Positions 1 to 10,000 of a DNA stretch of 64,000 nucleotides are shown one piece after another. Source of the DNA: Candidatus Omnitrophota bacterium (GTDB taxonomy: Bacteria; Omnitrophota; Omnitrophia; JAHJGZ01); assembly GCA_018823795.1 (NCBI GenBank), contig JAHJGZ010000081.1, positions 44,325-108,324 of the forward strand. Reading direction: 5' to 3'. Position 1 is the first letter of the stretch; the number at the start of each line of letters is the position of its first letter. The position numbers were made by a program, and so were the translations under genes. The notes under the pieces are model-generated. The model was given only the letters and a program-made list of their open reading frames with translations. It did not search any database and was not told where the DNA came from.

Positions 1-1023
1 GCACCGGTTGTTTCGATTCCGATTGCGATCTGTTTGTTTTTTATGATGTATCCGATTATGGTAAAGATCGATTTTGCCGAGGTTATTAAAGCAGGGAAGT
101 CTCCGAAGCCGGTCGGGTTGACCCTTGTGGTGAATTGGGCGATAAAACCGTTTACCATGTATGCGATAGCCTATCTTTTCCTTGGTGTTTTGTTTAAAAA
201 TTGTATCGGTGCGGATGCCGTTGATTTTGTCAAGCTCCCGCCCGGTGCCGACTGGCTCGTGGGATCGATGCATGGCTCCGGAACAGTTGTTCTGCATGAA
301 GGAATAAAAATGTTACAAGTCCCGCTTTGGCGGAGTTATTTTGCCGGGTGTATTCTTCTGGGGATTGCACCGTGTACGGCAATGGTTCTGGTGTGGGGAT
401 ATTTATCGCGCGGTAATGACGGCCACACGCTTGTGATTGTGGCGATCAATTCACTCACTATGTTATTTCTTTACGGCCCGCTTGGTGGATTTCTTCTTGG
501 CATCGGTCGTATGCCGGTTCCGTGGCAAGCGCTCCTACTTTCGATCTCAATTTATGTTGCCTTACCGCTTGCCGCAGGATATATTTCTCGGTACGTACTT
601 ATTCGCCTGAAAGGGATCGAATGGTTTAATGAGAAGTTTTTACACGTCTTGACGCCGGTTTCAATTATTTCACTCCTTTTTACCCTGGTACTTCTTTTTT
701 CATTTAAAGGAAATGTTATTTTAACGCAGCCGCTTACCATTGTGTGGATTGCAGTGCCGCTTTTTATTCAGACCTGTCTTATTTTCGGTATAACGTATTG
801 GGCAGCCCGCGTATTAAAATTGCGCTATGAAGATGCGGCCCCCTCAGCCATGATCGGCGCCAGCAATCATTTTGAAGTGGCGATTGCAACTTCGACAATA
901 CTTTTCGGCCTTTCATCCGGCGCTTCATTAGCAACGGTCGTTGGGGTGCTTATTGAAGTACCGGTGATGCTGATGCTGGTACGTATCTGTCTTCGTACAC
1001 AGGACAGCTTTCCGCGGGGGTAA
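1..1023 (+). CDS. acr3: ACR3-family arsenite efflux permease, 5-prime end cut by window edge
   Basis: Frame 1 is open from base 1 ([25 protein letters not shown]...). Multi-TM protein with [32 protein letters not shown], typical of ACR3 transporters. Confidence 0.85.
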   Translation, partial: APVVSIPIAICLFFMMYPIMVKIDFAEVIKAGKSPKPVGLTLVVNWAIKPFTMYAIAYLFLGVLFKNCIGADAVDFVKLPPGADWLVGSMHGSGTVVLHEGIKMLQVPLWRSYFAGCILLGIAPCTAMVLVWGYLSRGNDGHTLVIVAINSLTMLFLYGPLGGFLLGIGRMPVPWQALLLSISIYVALPLAAGYISRYVLIRLKGIEWFNEKFLHVLTPVSIISLLFTLVLLFSFKGNVILTQPLTIVWIAVPLFIQTCLIFGITYWAARVLKLRYEDAAPSAMIGASNHFEVAIATSTILFGLSSGASLATVVGVLIEVPVMLMLVRICLRTQDSFPRG

Positions 1024-1184
1024 ATAAATCCGCAGCATTTTATAGGGACACGAACCAATAATTCTTCCTCGACAAAATGACTTATTTTTGGTAAAATTTG
1101 CCTCACAATTCACATCTTTCTCCAAACACAATTCACCTCTCCTTGTCGGAGAGTTCGAAAATATAATCAAAAAAGGAATAAACA

Positions 1185-1414
1185 ATGAAAATCGTTATTG
1201 GAATAATTATCGGTGGGGCGATCGGGTTTGCAGTCGGTTACTACGGCAAATGACGGCATTAGTTACTGCCGCGATAGCAAAGTAACTAATTTGCCGAAAT
1301 TTGTCCCTTAAGGCAAAGCCTTATAGGGTCAAATGCGTATCAGGTACGTGCCCGATGACGAGCAACCCGATTGTCAGTACTGCCATCGGCGCACTACAAG
1401 AGCTAATGTTTTAG
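1185..1414 (+). pseudogene. Small C-x4-C membrane peptide gene interrupted by an 83-bp hairpin-module insertion
   Basis: MKIVIGIIIGGAIGFAVGYYGK then TGA at 1251-1253. The ORF resumes at 1334 (CVSGTCPMTSNPIVSTAIGALQELMF, stop 1412-1414). It is colinear with the intact paralog at 4510..4668. Confidence 0.75.
1253..1335. mobile_element. 83-bp MITE-like insert made of two hairpin modules, bounded by a direct AAATG repeat
   Basis: AAATG occurs at 1248-1252 and 1331-1335. The insert contains CGGCATTAGTTACT...AGTAACTAATTTGCCG and a CCCTTAAGGC/GCCTTATAGGG hairpin. It is absent from the paralogous gene at 4510. Confidence 0.7.
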
Positions 1415-1540
1415 AAACAGTGTCCCGACTCGTAACCGAGGGCACAATTTTACAGCGATTGTGCCCTACTCGTCGGGATTAATTCGCGCAAATAATTTAT
1501 GTCGTGCAATACACTCCATAAATTATGCGCTCATTAAAGG
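1415..1540. repeat. Hairpin-module cluster (2 modules) ending in the TCATTAAAGG connector
   Basis: Contains the CCCGACTCGTAA..GGGCACAAT/ATTGTGCCC..CGTCGGG hairpin, a TTAATTC connector, and GCGCAAATAATTTATG/CATAAATTATGCGC. It ends with TCATTAAAGG 18 nt before ATG 1549. Confidence 0.75.
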
Positions 1541-1548
1541 AATAAACA

Positions 1549-1749
1549 ATGGCATGGACTGAAGAATCAAAGAAACAAATGGACGAAGCAGCGGTTCAAG
1601 CGAAGGCTGAGTTAGAGAAACATTTTGCTATATGGTCAGCAAAGGACCTTGCTGGCTGGTGGAAGCGGTGGTATCTCAAAGCCGGGCATAAGCGCCTCGG
1701 CCGACTACTTGTCGGTATGGCAAAGCCGGAAAAAGCAGAAGACAAATGA
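1549..1749 (+). CDS. Hypothetical 66-aa protein
   Basis: ORF preceded by AAAGGAATAAACA-ATG, the same RBS context as the gene at 1185. No recognisable family. Its stop TGA lies in an AAATGA connector. Confidence 0.4.
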   Translation: MAWTEESKKQMDEAAVQAKAELEKHFAIWSAKDLAGWWKRWYLKAGHKRLGRLLVGMAKPEKAEDK

Positions 1750-2190
1750 CGACATACTTTAGCGAGTGATAACGAAGCTAAAGTATAAGTCGGAATTAGT
1801 CCCCGCCGCTTTGCTTCGGTTTGAGAAGCAGGCGGGGATAAATGAGGAGATCCATAAAAAGTATTGCAATCGTTTCGAGACGACATACTTTAGCGAGTGA
1901 TAACGAAGCTAAAGTATAAGTCGGAATTAGTCCCCGCCGTTTTACTACGCTTGTCTGCTCAATAGGTACACAAGCGTAGTAGGCGGGGGCAAATGAAAGA
2001 ATTTTTTGACAGCTTTTCGAAACGGGATACGTGACAGCATACTTTACAGAACGAAGTGATGTAAAATATATGCTGAAACATATCCAGCTCCGCTGGACAA
2101 ATGAAGCGTAGCAGGCGGGGGAGAATGAAGAGAGGGAAAAAGTAGAGCCCCCAGAGACATACTACGTGATCAAGACACGTCATGTGTCCG
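1744..2190. repeat. Hairpin-module cluster (about 8 modules) with an internal 62-bp perfect direct repeat
   Basis: CGACATACTTTAGC..GCTAAAGTATAAGTCG, then GAATTAG, then CCCCGCC..GGCGGGG, then AAATGA. 1748-1809 is identical to 1879-1940. Half-modules follow. Confidence 0.8.
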
Positions 2191-2290
2191 GCAGGCGAAC
2201 ATTCTGCAGATAAGTACGAAAGAAAAGGAGTAGGTGCCATGGAACAATATTCCCGTGTGTATATAAAGAAGGTGAGAGGAAATACCCGCG
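2191..2290 (+). repeat. About 95-bp duplicate of the rlmI-like upstream region plus its first 16 codons
   Basis: Roughly 92 percent identical by eye to 4738-4834, including AAGGAG, the ATG (2239 vs 4786) and MEQYSRVYIKK vs MEHYPRVYIKK. The reading frame decays after that. Confidence 0.7.
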
Positions 2291-2411
2291 AGGTAGACGG
2301 AAAAAAAGACTAACCGGTTATACATACAACCGGCGGCAATCAGATCGAGAAATTCACGTACGCGGCTCTCACACGCCGCTATTATAAAAAGGAGGATAGC
2401 CTGTACCAGGT

Positions 2412-3788
2412 ATGAAAAAGAAAATGCGCCGCTCATCCAAATACCTGTCAGTGAAACTCTTGATCGAGAGTTTTATGCTCCTTATTTTGATCGGTACGGT
2501 ACTGCTCCTTATGCCGTTTTCGACTGATAAAGCGGCCCTTTCTTTTATTGACAGCCTTTTTACCGCGACATCTGCGGTCTGTGTTACCGGCCTTACCGTG
2601 GTCAATACGGGAGACTTCACGTTTTGGGGGCAATTGATCATTTTAATGCTTATACAGCTTGGCGGATTAGGCATTATGGCCTTTGCAACGTTTTTTGTGA
2701 TTTTACTTTCAAAACGGATGTCGTTAAGTGAACGGTTGATTTTTAGGGATATTCTTCCCGAGTTGACGGTCAAAAGTGTCTTTGCGCTTCTCCGTCACAT
2801 ATTCCTTTTTACTCTTCTTGTCGAGTTTCTCGGTGTCCTCGTGCTTGTATTTTTTGTTTTTAATGATTTTACTCACCTCGGAAACGCGGTATGGTATGCC
2901 TGTTTCCACAGTATCTCAGCGTTTTGCAATGCCGGTTTTTCTTTATATCCGGACAGTTTTACCACGTTTCGGTCTCACTCGGCGCTCAATGGTACCATGA
3001 TAGGATTGATCGTCATCGGCGGCATTGGCTTTGTGGTGTATGAAGAAATATATCAGAAAATGAAAAAGCGCATCAAGCGTAAAGAACGGGTACGGCTGAG
3101 TGTTCATAGCAAAATAGTGATCCTGACGTCGGTATTGCTTATCCTCGGCGGTGCATGCTTGTTTTTCGCGCTGGAATACTATAATGCGTGTGAGAAAATG
3201 CCAATCGGTGAAAAAATTCTTACCGCCGTCTTTCAATCGGTGACGACCCGCACGGCGGGATTTAATACCGTAACGGTTGCTGACCTTTCGATTCCCACGA
3301 TCATGGTCATGATGATATGGATGTTTATCGGCGGTGCGCCTGCCTCATGTGCCGGCGGTATCAAGGTCACGACATTTGCGCTTATTGCGTGCCTTGTTGT
3401 AGCGGGATTAAAGGGGAAGGAACACGTTACTGTTTTTAAGCGACGAATTTCTAATGAAATCATAACAAAAGCACTCAGCCTTTTTTTTATCAGCGCATTG
3501 CTCGTCATGATGGCGGTGTACGGTGTTGCGCTCTTAGAAAAGGCGGGGGATTCCTTTCGTGATGTCAGGGGCTCATTCCTCGAGATCGTCTTTGAGTGCA
3601 TATCGGCTTTCGGGACGGTCGGCCTGTCAATGGGAATTACCGGAGCGCTGAGTTTTTTGAGCAAATGGATAATCGTTCTGCTCATGTTTGTCGGCCGGTT
3701 AGGGCCGTTGACCTTAGGAATATTAATTACGGCACAACGAAAAGAAGAGCCGTATGAATACCCAGAAGAAAATGTAATTATCGGATAG
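2412..3788 (+). CDS. trkH: TrkH/KtrB-family potassium uptake membrane subunit
   Basis: 458-aa polytopic protein with TrkH-like repeated pore segments (SAFCNAGFS, TAGFNTV, SAFGTVGLS). It is followed by trkA. Confidence 0.9.
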   Translation: MKKKMRRSSKYLSVKLLIESFMLLILIGTVLLLMPFSTDKAALSFIDSLFTATSAVCVTGLTVVNTGDFTFWGQLIILMLIQLGGLGIMAFATFFVILLSKRMSLSERLIFRDILPELTVKSVFALLRHIFLFTLLVEFLGVLVLVFFVFNDFTHLGNAVWYACFHSISAFCNAGFSLYPDSFTTFRSHSALNGTMIGLIVIGGIGFVVYEEIYQKMKKRIKRKERVRLSVHSKIVILTSVLLILGGACLFFALEYYNACEKMPIGEKILTAVFQSVTTRTAGFNTVTVADLSIPTIMVMMIWMFIGGAPASCAGGIKVTTFALIACLVVAGLKGKEHVTVFKRRISNEIITKALSLFFISALLVMMAVYGVALLEKAGDSFRDVRGSFLEIVFECISAFGTVGLSMGITGALSFLSKWIIVLLMFVGRLGPLTLGILITAQRKEEPYEYPEENVIIG

Positions 3789-3799
3789 GAGAAGACACT

Positions 3800-4462
3800 A
3801 TGAAACAAATTGCGATTATCGGGGCGGGTAATTTCGGAAAAAATTTAGCGCTTAATTTAGCGCGCGAGGGGGCTGAAGTGTTGGTCATCGATATTAATAA
3901 AGCGAAGATCGAAGCGATCAAAGACGAGGTCACGCGGGCTATTATTGCGGATGCGTCAAAAAAGGATGCTCTCAAGGCGATAGGTTTTGCTGATTTTGAT
4001 ATTGTGGTGGTGAGTTTGGGGGAGCGGATCGATGTCAGTGTCATGGCCATTTTATTCTTAAAAGAGCTTGGCATCAAAAAAATCATAGCAAAAGCAAATA
4101 ATGAGGATTATGCAAAAGCAATGAAACTGGTGGGGGCGGATGAGATTATTTTTCCGGAAAAAGACGTTGCCGACCGGTTAGCCCATTTTTTTCTGTATGG
4201 GGACATTGTCGATTATATAACGCTGTCGGAACAATACGGCATCATAGAAATAGCCGTTCCGGAAACATTGTATGGCAAAAGCATACAAGAACTGGACTTT
4301 CGCAAAAAATATTTACTCAACATCATAGCGGTGAAAAACCCCTTGAAAGACAAAATGAATATCGTCCCGCCATCCGATTATCGATTTCAGCCGGACGACA
4401 GCATTGTTGTTTTGGGGGAAGCGGACAATATTAATAAGCTTAAAAAGTTGATAAAAAAGTAA
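3800..4462 (+). CDS. trkA: TrkA/KtrA potassium uptake regulatory subunit (RCK_N plus RCK_C)
   Basis: IAIIGAGNFGKNLALNL Rossmann motif. 220 aa, adjacent to trkH. Confidence 0.9.
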   Translation: MKQIAIIGAGNFGKNLALNLAREGAEVLVIDINKAKIEAIKDEVTRAIIADASKKDALKAIGFADFDIVVVSLGERIDVSVMAILFLKELGIKKIIAKANNEDYAKAMKLVGADEIIFPEKDVADRLAHFFLYGDIVDYITLSEQYGIIEIAVPETLYGKSIQELDFRKKYLLNIIAVKNPLKDKMNIVPPSDYRFQPDDSIVVLGEADNINKLKKLIKK

Positions 4463-4509
4463 ACACACGGCAGAGGGGACCGGGTAAAAAAACACGCGGG
4501 GTATTAATT

Positions 4510-4668
4510 ATGAAGATCATTATCGGTATTATTATCGGCGCAGCGGTCGGATACGGGATCGGGTATTTTGGTAAATGCGCGTCGGGCACCTGCCCGCTGA
4601 CGAGCAACCCGATCGTGAGCACTGTCATCGGCGCCCTCATCGGCGCATTGGTGGCAAAGGGGGGGTAG
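4510..4668 (+). CDS. Small hydrophobic peptide with a C-x4-C motif (52 aa), intact paralog of 1185..1414
   Basis: MKIIIGIIIGAAVGYGIGYFGKCASGTCPLTSNPIVSTVIGALIGALVAKGG. Read from the sequence, as it is below the ORF-track size cutoff. Confidence 0.6.
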   Translation: MKIIIGIIIGAAVGYGIGYFGKCASGTCPLTSNPIVSTVIGALIGALVAKGG

Positions 4669-4785
4669 TATGGAAGAAAAAGAGAGGTTCGAGAATGAGG
4701 AAGAAAGTCCGTATCATCCGATGAATATTTCGCAAATGCAGGCGAACATGCTGCAGATACGTACGAAAGAAAAGGAGTAGGTGCC

Positions 4786-6015
4786 ATGGAACACTATCCC
4801 CGTGTGTATATAAAGAAGGGGAGAGATATCCCTCTTTTTGCAGGCCACCCATGGATTTTTTCAAAAGCGCTTCAGGAGGAATACCGTCTGCCGGCGGGAG
4901 AACTTGTAGCGGTTTATTCCGCTACCAATGAGCCGTTAGGGATTGGGATGTATAATCCCAAGACATCGATTCGTGTGCGCATGCTGGCGCGCGAGACGGC
5001 CGTTTGTATCGATCACGATTTTTTTATCCGCCGGTTCAGCTCTCTTGACGATGATAAACGGCCGCTCCTGCCGCCTGAAACTACCGGCTACCGCCTTGTG
5101 CACGGCGACGCTGATTATTTTCCCGGGCTCATCGTTGACCGGTACGGTGAGGTATGTGTATTTCAGATCCATACGGCAGGTATGGACCGTATGCGTAACG
5201 AAATTATTGAAGCGCTGCGTACTGCCTTCAGCCCGCGCGCAATCGTTGAACGGTCGGATATTGAGGCGCGGAAGCGGGAAGGGCTCGGCGTATTACCCGT
5301 GGCGGTCCACGAGGGGAGTATTGACGGAGTTGTGCCGTTTACCGAGAACGGCCTTCATTTTTTTGCTGACGTCGTGGACGGGCAGAAGACCGGTTTCTAT
5401 CTTGACCAGCGGAATGCGCGGATGCGCGTGGCAGGCCTTGTGCGGGGCAAAAGCGTGTTAAACCTTTTTAGTTATACCGGTGCTTTGAGTGTCTACGCGG
5501 CGCGCGGAGGGGCGGCGGAGATCGTTATGGTCGATAGTTCGAAAGAGGCGCTCTCACTCGCGCAGCGGCATTTTGAGGCCAATGGGTTTTCCTTTTCCGC
5601 GCGGTATCGATGTATGCACGGGAACGTTTTTGATATACTTCCCCGGCTTATAGAGGAGCAGAAAACATATGATTGTGTTGTCTGCGATCCGCCGGCATTC
5701 GCGAAATCACTGGAGAGTGTCGCGCGCGCGAAGACTGCCTATCTGAGCGCGAATCGGCAGTGCTGCATGCTCCTTCGTGAAGGGGGGATACTCGTGACCA
5801 GTTCCTGTTCAGGCCGTCTCACGCTAGATGATTTTTCCGGGATCATACGTGCCGCGGCGTTTCAGGCAGGCCGCGATCTCCACATTATTGATGTGCTCGG
5901 CCATCCGTATGACCATACCGACCGGCTCTCCTTCGCCGAAGGAAGGTATCTTAAGACCCTCATTGCACGAGCGGTCGGCGGGAATGTATCCTCTCGCCGC
6001 TTTGCTTCGGTTTGA
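4786..6015 (+). CDS. Class I SAM-dependent rRNA methyltransferase, RlmI-like (PUA plus MTase)
   Basis: GFYLDQRNARMRV and VVCDPPAFAKS motifs, 409 aa. The last roughly 10 codons and the stop lie inside a CCGCC/GGCGGGG hairpin module. Confidence 0.8.
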   Translation: MEHYPRVYIKKGRDIPLFAGHPWIFSKALQEEYRLPAGELVAVYSATNEPLGIGMYNPKTSIRVRMLARETAVCIDHDFFIRRFSSLDDDKRPLLPPETTGYRLVHGDADYFPGLIVDRYGEVCVFQIHTAGMDRMRNEIIEALRTAFSPRAIVERSDIEARKREGLGVLPVAVHEGSIDGVVPFTENGLHFFADVVDGQKTGFYLDQRNARMRVAGLVRGKSVLNLFSYTGALSVYAARGGAAEIVMVDSSKEALSLAQRHFEANGFSFSARYRCMHGNVFDILPRLIEEQKTYDCVVCDPPAFAKSLESVARAKTAYLSANRQCCMLLREGGILVTSSCSGRLTLDDFSGIIRAAAFQAGRDLHIIDVLGHPYDHTDRLSFAEGRYLKTLIARAVGGNVSSRRFASV

Positions 6016-6151
6016 GTAGCAGGCGGGGATCAATGATGCTGAACATATACTTTGCCAGCTGGCCGGCAAAGTATTAATTCCCTGCCTACCGGCAGGCAGG
6101 CGGCAAATTAGTTATCTTGCTGCCGCGGCGGTAACTAATGCCGTCATTGAA
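5982..6151. repeat. Hairpin-module cluster (4 modules) spanning the rlmI-like 3-prime end to the next RBS
   Basis: Module order: CTCGCCGC..GGCGGGG, ATCAATGA, GAACATA, TACTTTGCCAGC/GCCGGCAAAGTA, TTAATTC, CCTGCCTACCGGCAGGCAGG, CGGCAAATTAGTTA/TAACTAATGCCG, TCATTGAA. Confidence 0.8.
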
Positions 6152-6159
6152 CAAAAGTC

Positions 6160-6507
6160 ATGAGACCAAAGAAGACTTTACTTCTCGATAGAAAGACAAT
6201 AAAAAAATTAGTGAGCCTTATCTTAATAGCTCACTTATTAACAGGCTGTTCTTCAATACATAGCCATAGAACTGATGTTTCTCCGCGAGTATATCCGGGT
6301 GTGAAAGAAGATATGCGGGCGATGAAGGGATTCGCGTGTGACGCTGATGAGTGGGGAGGGTTAGGAAGGTCTTTTGCTATTTGGGGTACCTGTGATATTT
6401 TATTTTCATTTGTGGGAGATACGCTTCTCCTCCCGTATGATATGTATAAAGTGCATAAAGAGAAAGACGAAAAGCGAGACGCGTCGTGCGAGTTTCGTCC
6501 TGCGTAA
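6160..6507 (+). CDS. YceK/YidQ-family (DUF1375-like) lipoprotein
   Basis: Lipobox LLTGCSS. YPGVKEDM and FSFVGDTLLLPYDMY match YceK hallmarks. The C-terminal codons lie in a repeat. Confidence 0.75.
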   Translation: MRPKKTLLLDRKTIKKLVSLILIAHLLTGCSSIHSHRTDVSPRVYPGVKEDMRAMKGFACDADEWGGLGRSFAIWGTCDILFSFVGDTLLLPYDMYKVHKEKDEKRDASCEFRPA

Positions 6508-6873
6508 GGCGACGGGGGACGTGTCCCCGCCTGATTCGATTGTGCACTTATTGAGGAGGTAAGCGAATCAAAGCGGCGAGGATACGTGAAGCCTAAACTT
6601 ACGGAACTATGTGACGTAAGTTTACTGGCTGAACATATACTTTGCATGTTAAAACGGGCAAAGTATTAATTCGCGCAAATGACTTACGTCGTCCTACCGG
6701 ACTCCGTAAAGTATGGCCTCATTTACGAGTTTCGTCCTGCGTGAGGCGACGGGGACGTGTCCCCGCCTGATTCGCTTGTGCACTTATTGAGGAGGTAAGC
6801 GAATCAAAGCGGCGAGGATACATTCCGACAGATACTTTAGCATCGCTACTGCTCGCTAAAGTATGTCGTCATG
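6489..6873. repeat. Hairpin-module cluster with a roughly 96-bp direct repeat
   Basis: 6489-6585 and 6726-6821 are near-identical. Between them lies the GATACGTGA-hairpin-GAACATA-hairpin-TTAATTC composite, plus a chimeric hairpin at 6673-6718. Confidence 0.8.
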
Positions 6874-6962
6874 TAAAAAAAGAAACGTTCCCACACTGTT
6901 ATGTGACCCCTTTTCTACTCCGCTTTTGTGTATTAAAGAGAAAAACTGTTACGTAAAATAGC

Positions 6963-6991
6963 TTGTCTATTAGGAGGAAATTCTATATAAT
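6963..6991 (+). promoter_or_regulatory. Putative sigma70-type promoter upstream of tpsA
   Basis: TTGTCT, 17-nt spacer, TATAAT, about 85 nt upstream of ATG 7075. Confidence 0.4.
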
Positions 6992-7074
6992 TTGTCCGAA
7001 ATCACGGATATCTTTGTGATAAAGATCATTGTATCGCGTGGTTTGTGGTTGGAGTGGTAGAGGGAGGCGGTAAA

Positions 7075-10000
7075 ATGCGGTGGTGTTTCCTGAAAAATAT
7101 TTCAGTTAAGAAGTGTCTTGCCATATGTTCTGCACTCGTTTTTTTCATATTTACCTTGTACCCTTACAATACGTTTGCATTTGATGTGTCGGTGACTGCG
7201 GGGAATGCATCTATCGCCAAAGACGGCGATACTACGACGGTAACGACAGACGGCCGTGCGGTATTGGAAGGTAATACCAGTATTCTTGCAAACGAAATAG
7301 TCAAGGTCGTTGGACCCAATGATGTGCTGTTTCGCGACCTAACGGGCACGCGAACAGATTGGCTCGGAACACTCCTTGCTGAAGGTAGCGTCGTTCTTGT
7401 AAACATGCACGGCGTTTACATCGCCGAGGCAGCGAATATTGATGTCTCTTCACTTATTGCCTCAACGCTTGACATTCAAAACGAACTTTTCCTCACCAAC
7501 ACACTTTCCTTTGAAAAAGTAAAAGGTTTTGATGCGGCAGAAATTTTAAATCAAGCACACATTGATGTTGCGCAAGGGGGGTACTTGATATTGCTTGCTG
7601 ATCGTGTTGTAAACCAGGGAACACTGACTGCCTATCTGGGGAGTGTGGTTCTTGGCTCAGGTGAAAAGATGACGGTGAGTTTTGATGAACGCGGCCTTGT
7701 TAACCTGGTCGTGGACAAAGGGCTTGCTGAGGAACTGAAAAATGCGGACGGCACAACGAAAGATCAGATTGTCAATAGCGGTGAAGTACATGCCTCAGGC
7801 GGCCGCATTGAGATGACGGCGAAACTTCTCAAAACAACATTATCTCAGATCGTCAATAATGAAGGAATTATAGAAGCAGCGCGTGTGGAAAATAATAATG
7901 GTGTTATTGAACTTGTTTCAAGTGGCGGGATAAATCTGGATGGGACATTGCATGCCACGGATGTCAATGTAAAAGCTGAAGGGACACTTACGCTTCAGAA
8001 TGGTGTTGAAATTCGTGCTGAGCGTTCTCACCTCGATGCGCCCCGCGTTGAATTAGTCGGAGAAGGAGATCAATATTTTTGGGGCGACATGACTATCCAT
8101 AATTTATATTATGATGTTGGCGAGCGGGATCTTGAGTCAACGACCTATCCGAAGCGGCTCTTTTTTGAACCGGGACGTACTTTCACATTTCTTGATTCTC
8201 TTCATATTGCAGGCTCAGCCGGAGGGTACAACATTGTGACGTTAGATTCAATCGTCAAAGGAAGTCTTTGGTTTATTGATGTCGTAGTCAACGATCCGTA
8301 TCTGACGATGATCGGGGTTGGAAGTTCAGTAAATATAGGAAGTTCGATCCTGAAGGCAACGCCGAGTTCTAATTTCGGCAATACTATCGGTTGGCTCCTC
8401 AATACCGTCTACTGGACAGGGGCAGTGAATACTTTGTGGTCAAACGCGGGAAACTGGTCCGGCGGTACGCCAGATGACCAGGATGTCGTATTTCGTATCG
8501 ATGAAGGGAAAAATCGCATTTCTAATATGGATGTCGCGGATATTACGGTGGATAGCCTTGATATAGATGATTCGTGGCAAGGGACGATCAATCTTTTTGG
8601 GAACATGACGGTAACGAATGATTTTAATTTAGGAGACGATTCAACCTTCAATGAAACACAATCCTTTGCTGGTGATACCCCCTATACGGTGACGATAGGA
8701 GGAGATGATAACTGGGATGGTACGTACAATGAAGATGTGTATCGTGTAACAACAGCAGATGAGTTGGAAGGTATTCCCGGTAAGGATTTAGCAGGACAGT
8801 ATGTTCTTACGAATGATATTGATGCTTCGGGGATCGTTAATTTTATTCCGATCGGTGAGAATGCTGACGAATTTACCGGTTATTTTGAAGGAGCCGGTTT
8901 TACCATTTCTAATCTGACCATCGATCGGGCTGATGAGCAGAATGTCGGTCTTTTTGGTTTCACTGATGGCGCTTTGATCAGGAATGTTGGTCTCACGAAT
9001 GTGGACATTACGGGAGGTGCAAGCGTTGGTGGTCTTGTGGGGTATCTATGTAATGGTTCTTCTATCGATAATTCGTACGTGAGTGGCGGTACGGTTACGG
9101 GCTCTGACGAGGATGGTGAAAATGGTGAATATGTGGGCGGGCTTGTTGGATTGAGCTACTACTATACAACAATCGATAATTCCTATGCCAATGTTACGGT
9201 CAATGGAATTGAATACATTGGTGGTCTTGTTGGGCTTATGTACTATGCTTCTTCTATTAATAATTCATATACAACCGGTAGCGTTTCAGGGAGCGACAAC
9301 GTTGGTGGTCTTGTGGGGTACACCTATTATTCTACAATTGACAACGCGTATGCGACAGGAACTGTTGATGGTGCTAATAGTGTTGGCGGTCTTGTCGGGT
9401 ATAATTATTGTTATTCAACGATTAATAAGTCATACGCTACGGGGAACGTAACAGGAACTGAAAGCGGTGTTGGCGGGTTGGTAGGGTTTAATGATGACAA
9501 TGCAGAGATCAGAGATTCCTATGCTCACGGAACAGTGACCGGTGAAAGCTACGTTGGCGGTCTTGTCGGGTATAATTATAACTACTCTTCAATCGATAAT
9601 TCATACGCAACCGGTCTTGTGACGAGTGATGATGAGGATACTGCAGGAGGCCTTGTTGGTGTTGATAATAATTCAAATGGAGTCAATAATAGCTTTTGGG
9701 ATACGGAAACGACAGAGCTGGAATACAGTTCTGGCAGTGATGATGAGTATGGGATAACGACAGCTGAAATGAAGCAAATGTATACCTTTATAGATGAAGA
9801 TTGGGAGCCGGGAGATGTTTGGGTGAATCGTGAAGGTGTTGACTATCCATCTCTTTATTGGCAGCATTCATATTGGACAGGCTTGGCGAGTGATGAGAAT
9901 TGGTCAACAGCAGGGAACTGGTCAGGCCGCGTCGTTCCTGATGATACAAAGATCGCGATTTTTAATGGAGAAGGTGCGGAAAATGCTACCATAGATAGTG

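Noticed and set aside
2240-2411. c-di-AMP (ydaO-type) riboswitch upstream of trkH.
   Set aside because: I could not recognise the conserved pseudo-symmetric ydaO core sequences by eye. This needs a covariance-model search before any claim.
1596-2436. ORF-track entries reading through repeat clusters. These are 1596..1886, 1959..2240 and 2170..2436 here, plus 4440..4787, 6231..6647, 15846..16031, 17517..17732, 18264..18479, 25935..26249 and the 5-prime part of 50181..50957. Several share peptide strings such as EHILCQ(I/L)(S/T)GKVLIR, AKPFQGFA and MAPTPFLSY.
   Set aside because: The shared peptides come from translating repeated hairpin DNA in an open frame. The entries have no RBS or start context, overlap connectors and palindromes, and occur on both strands. 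I treat them as non-coding repeats.
2369-3808. Long antisense ORFs within trkH (2369..2773 and 3233..3808), and similar antisense ORFs in the RND gene (19995..20537), hisG (31484..32041), clpX (38441..32932 region), transketolase (35451..35888) and rlmI (4943..5461, alternate frame).
   Set aside because: They lie entirely within well-supported genes, have no recognisable domains, and have low-complexity or atypical composition. These are typical shadow ORFs.
4670-4780. 36-codon ORF (MEEKERFENEEESPYHPMNISQMQANMLQIRTKEKE) between the small peptide gene and the rlmI-like gene.
   Set aside because: It has no family resemblance. Only its 3-prime third is conserved in the duplicate at 2191, and not in frame from a start. 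It is more likely leader sequence.
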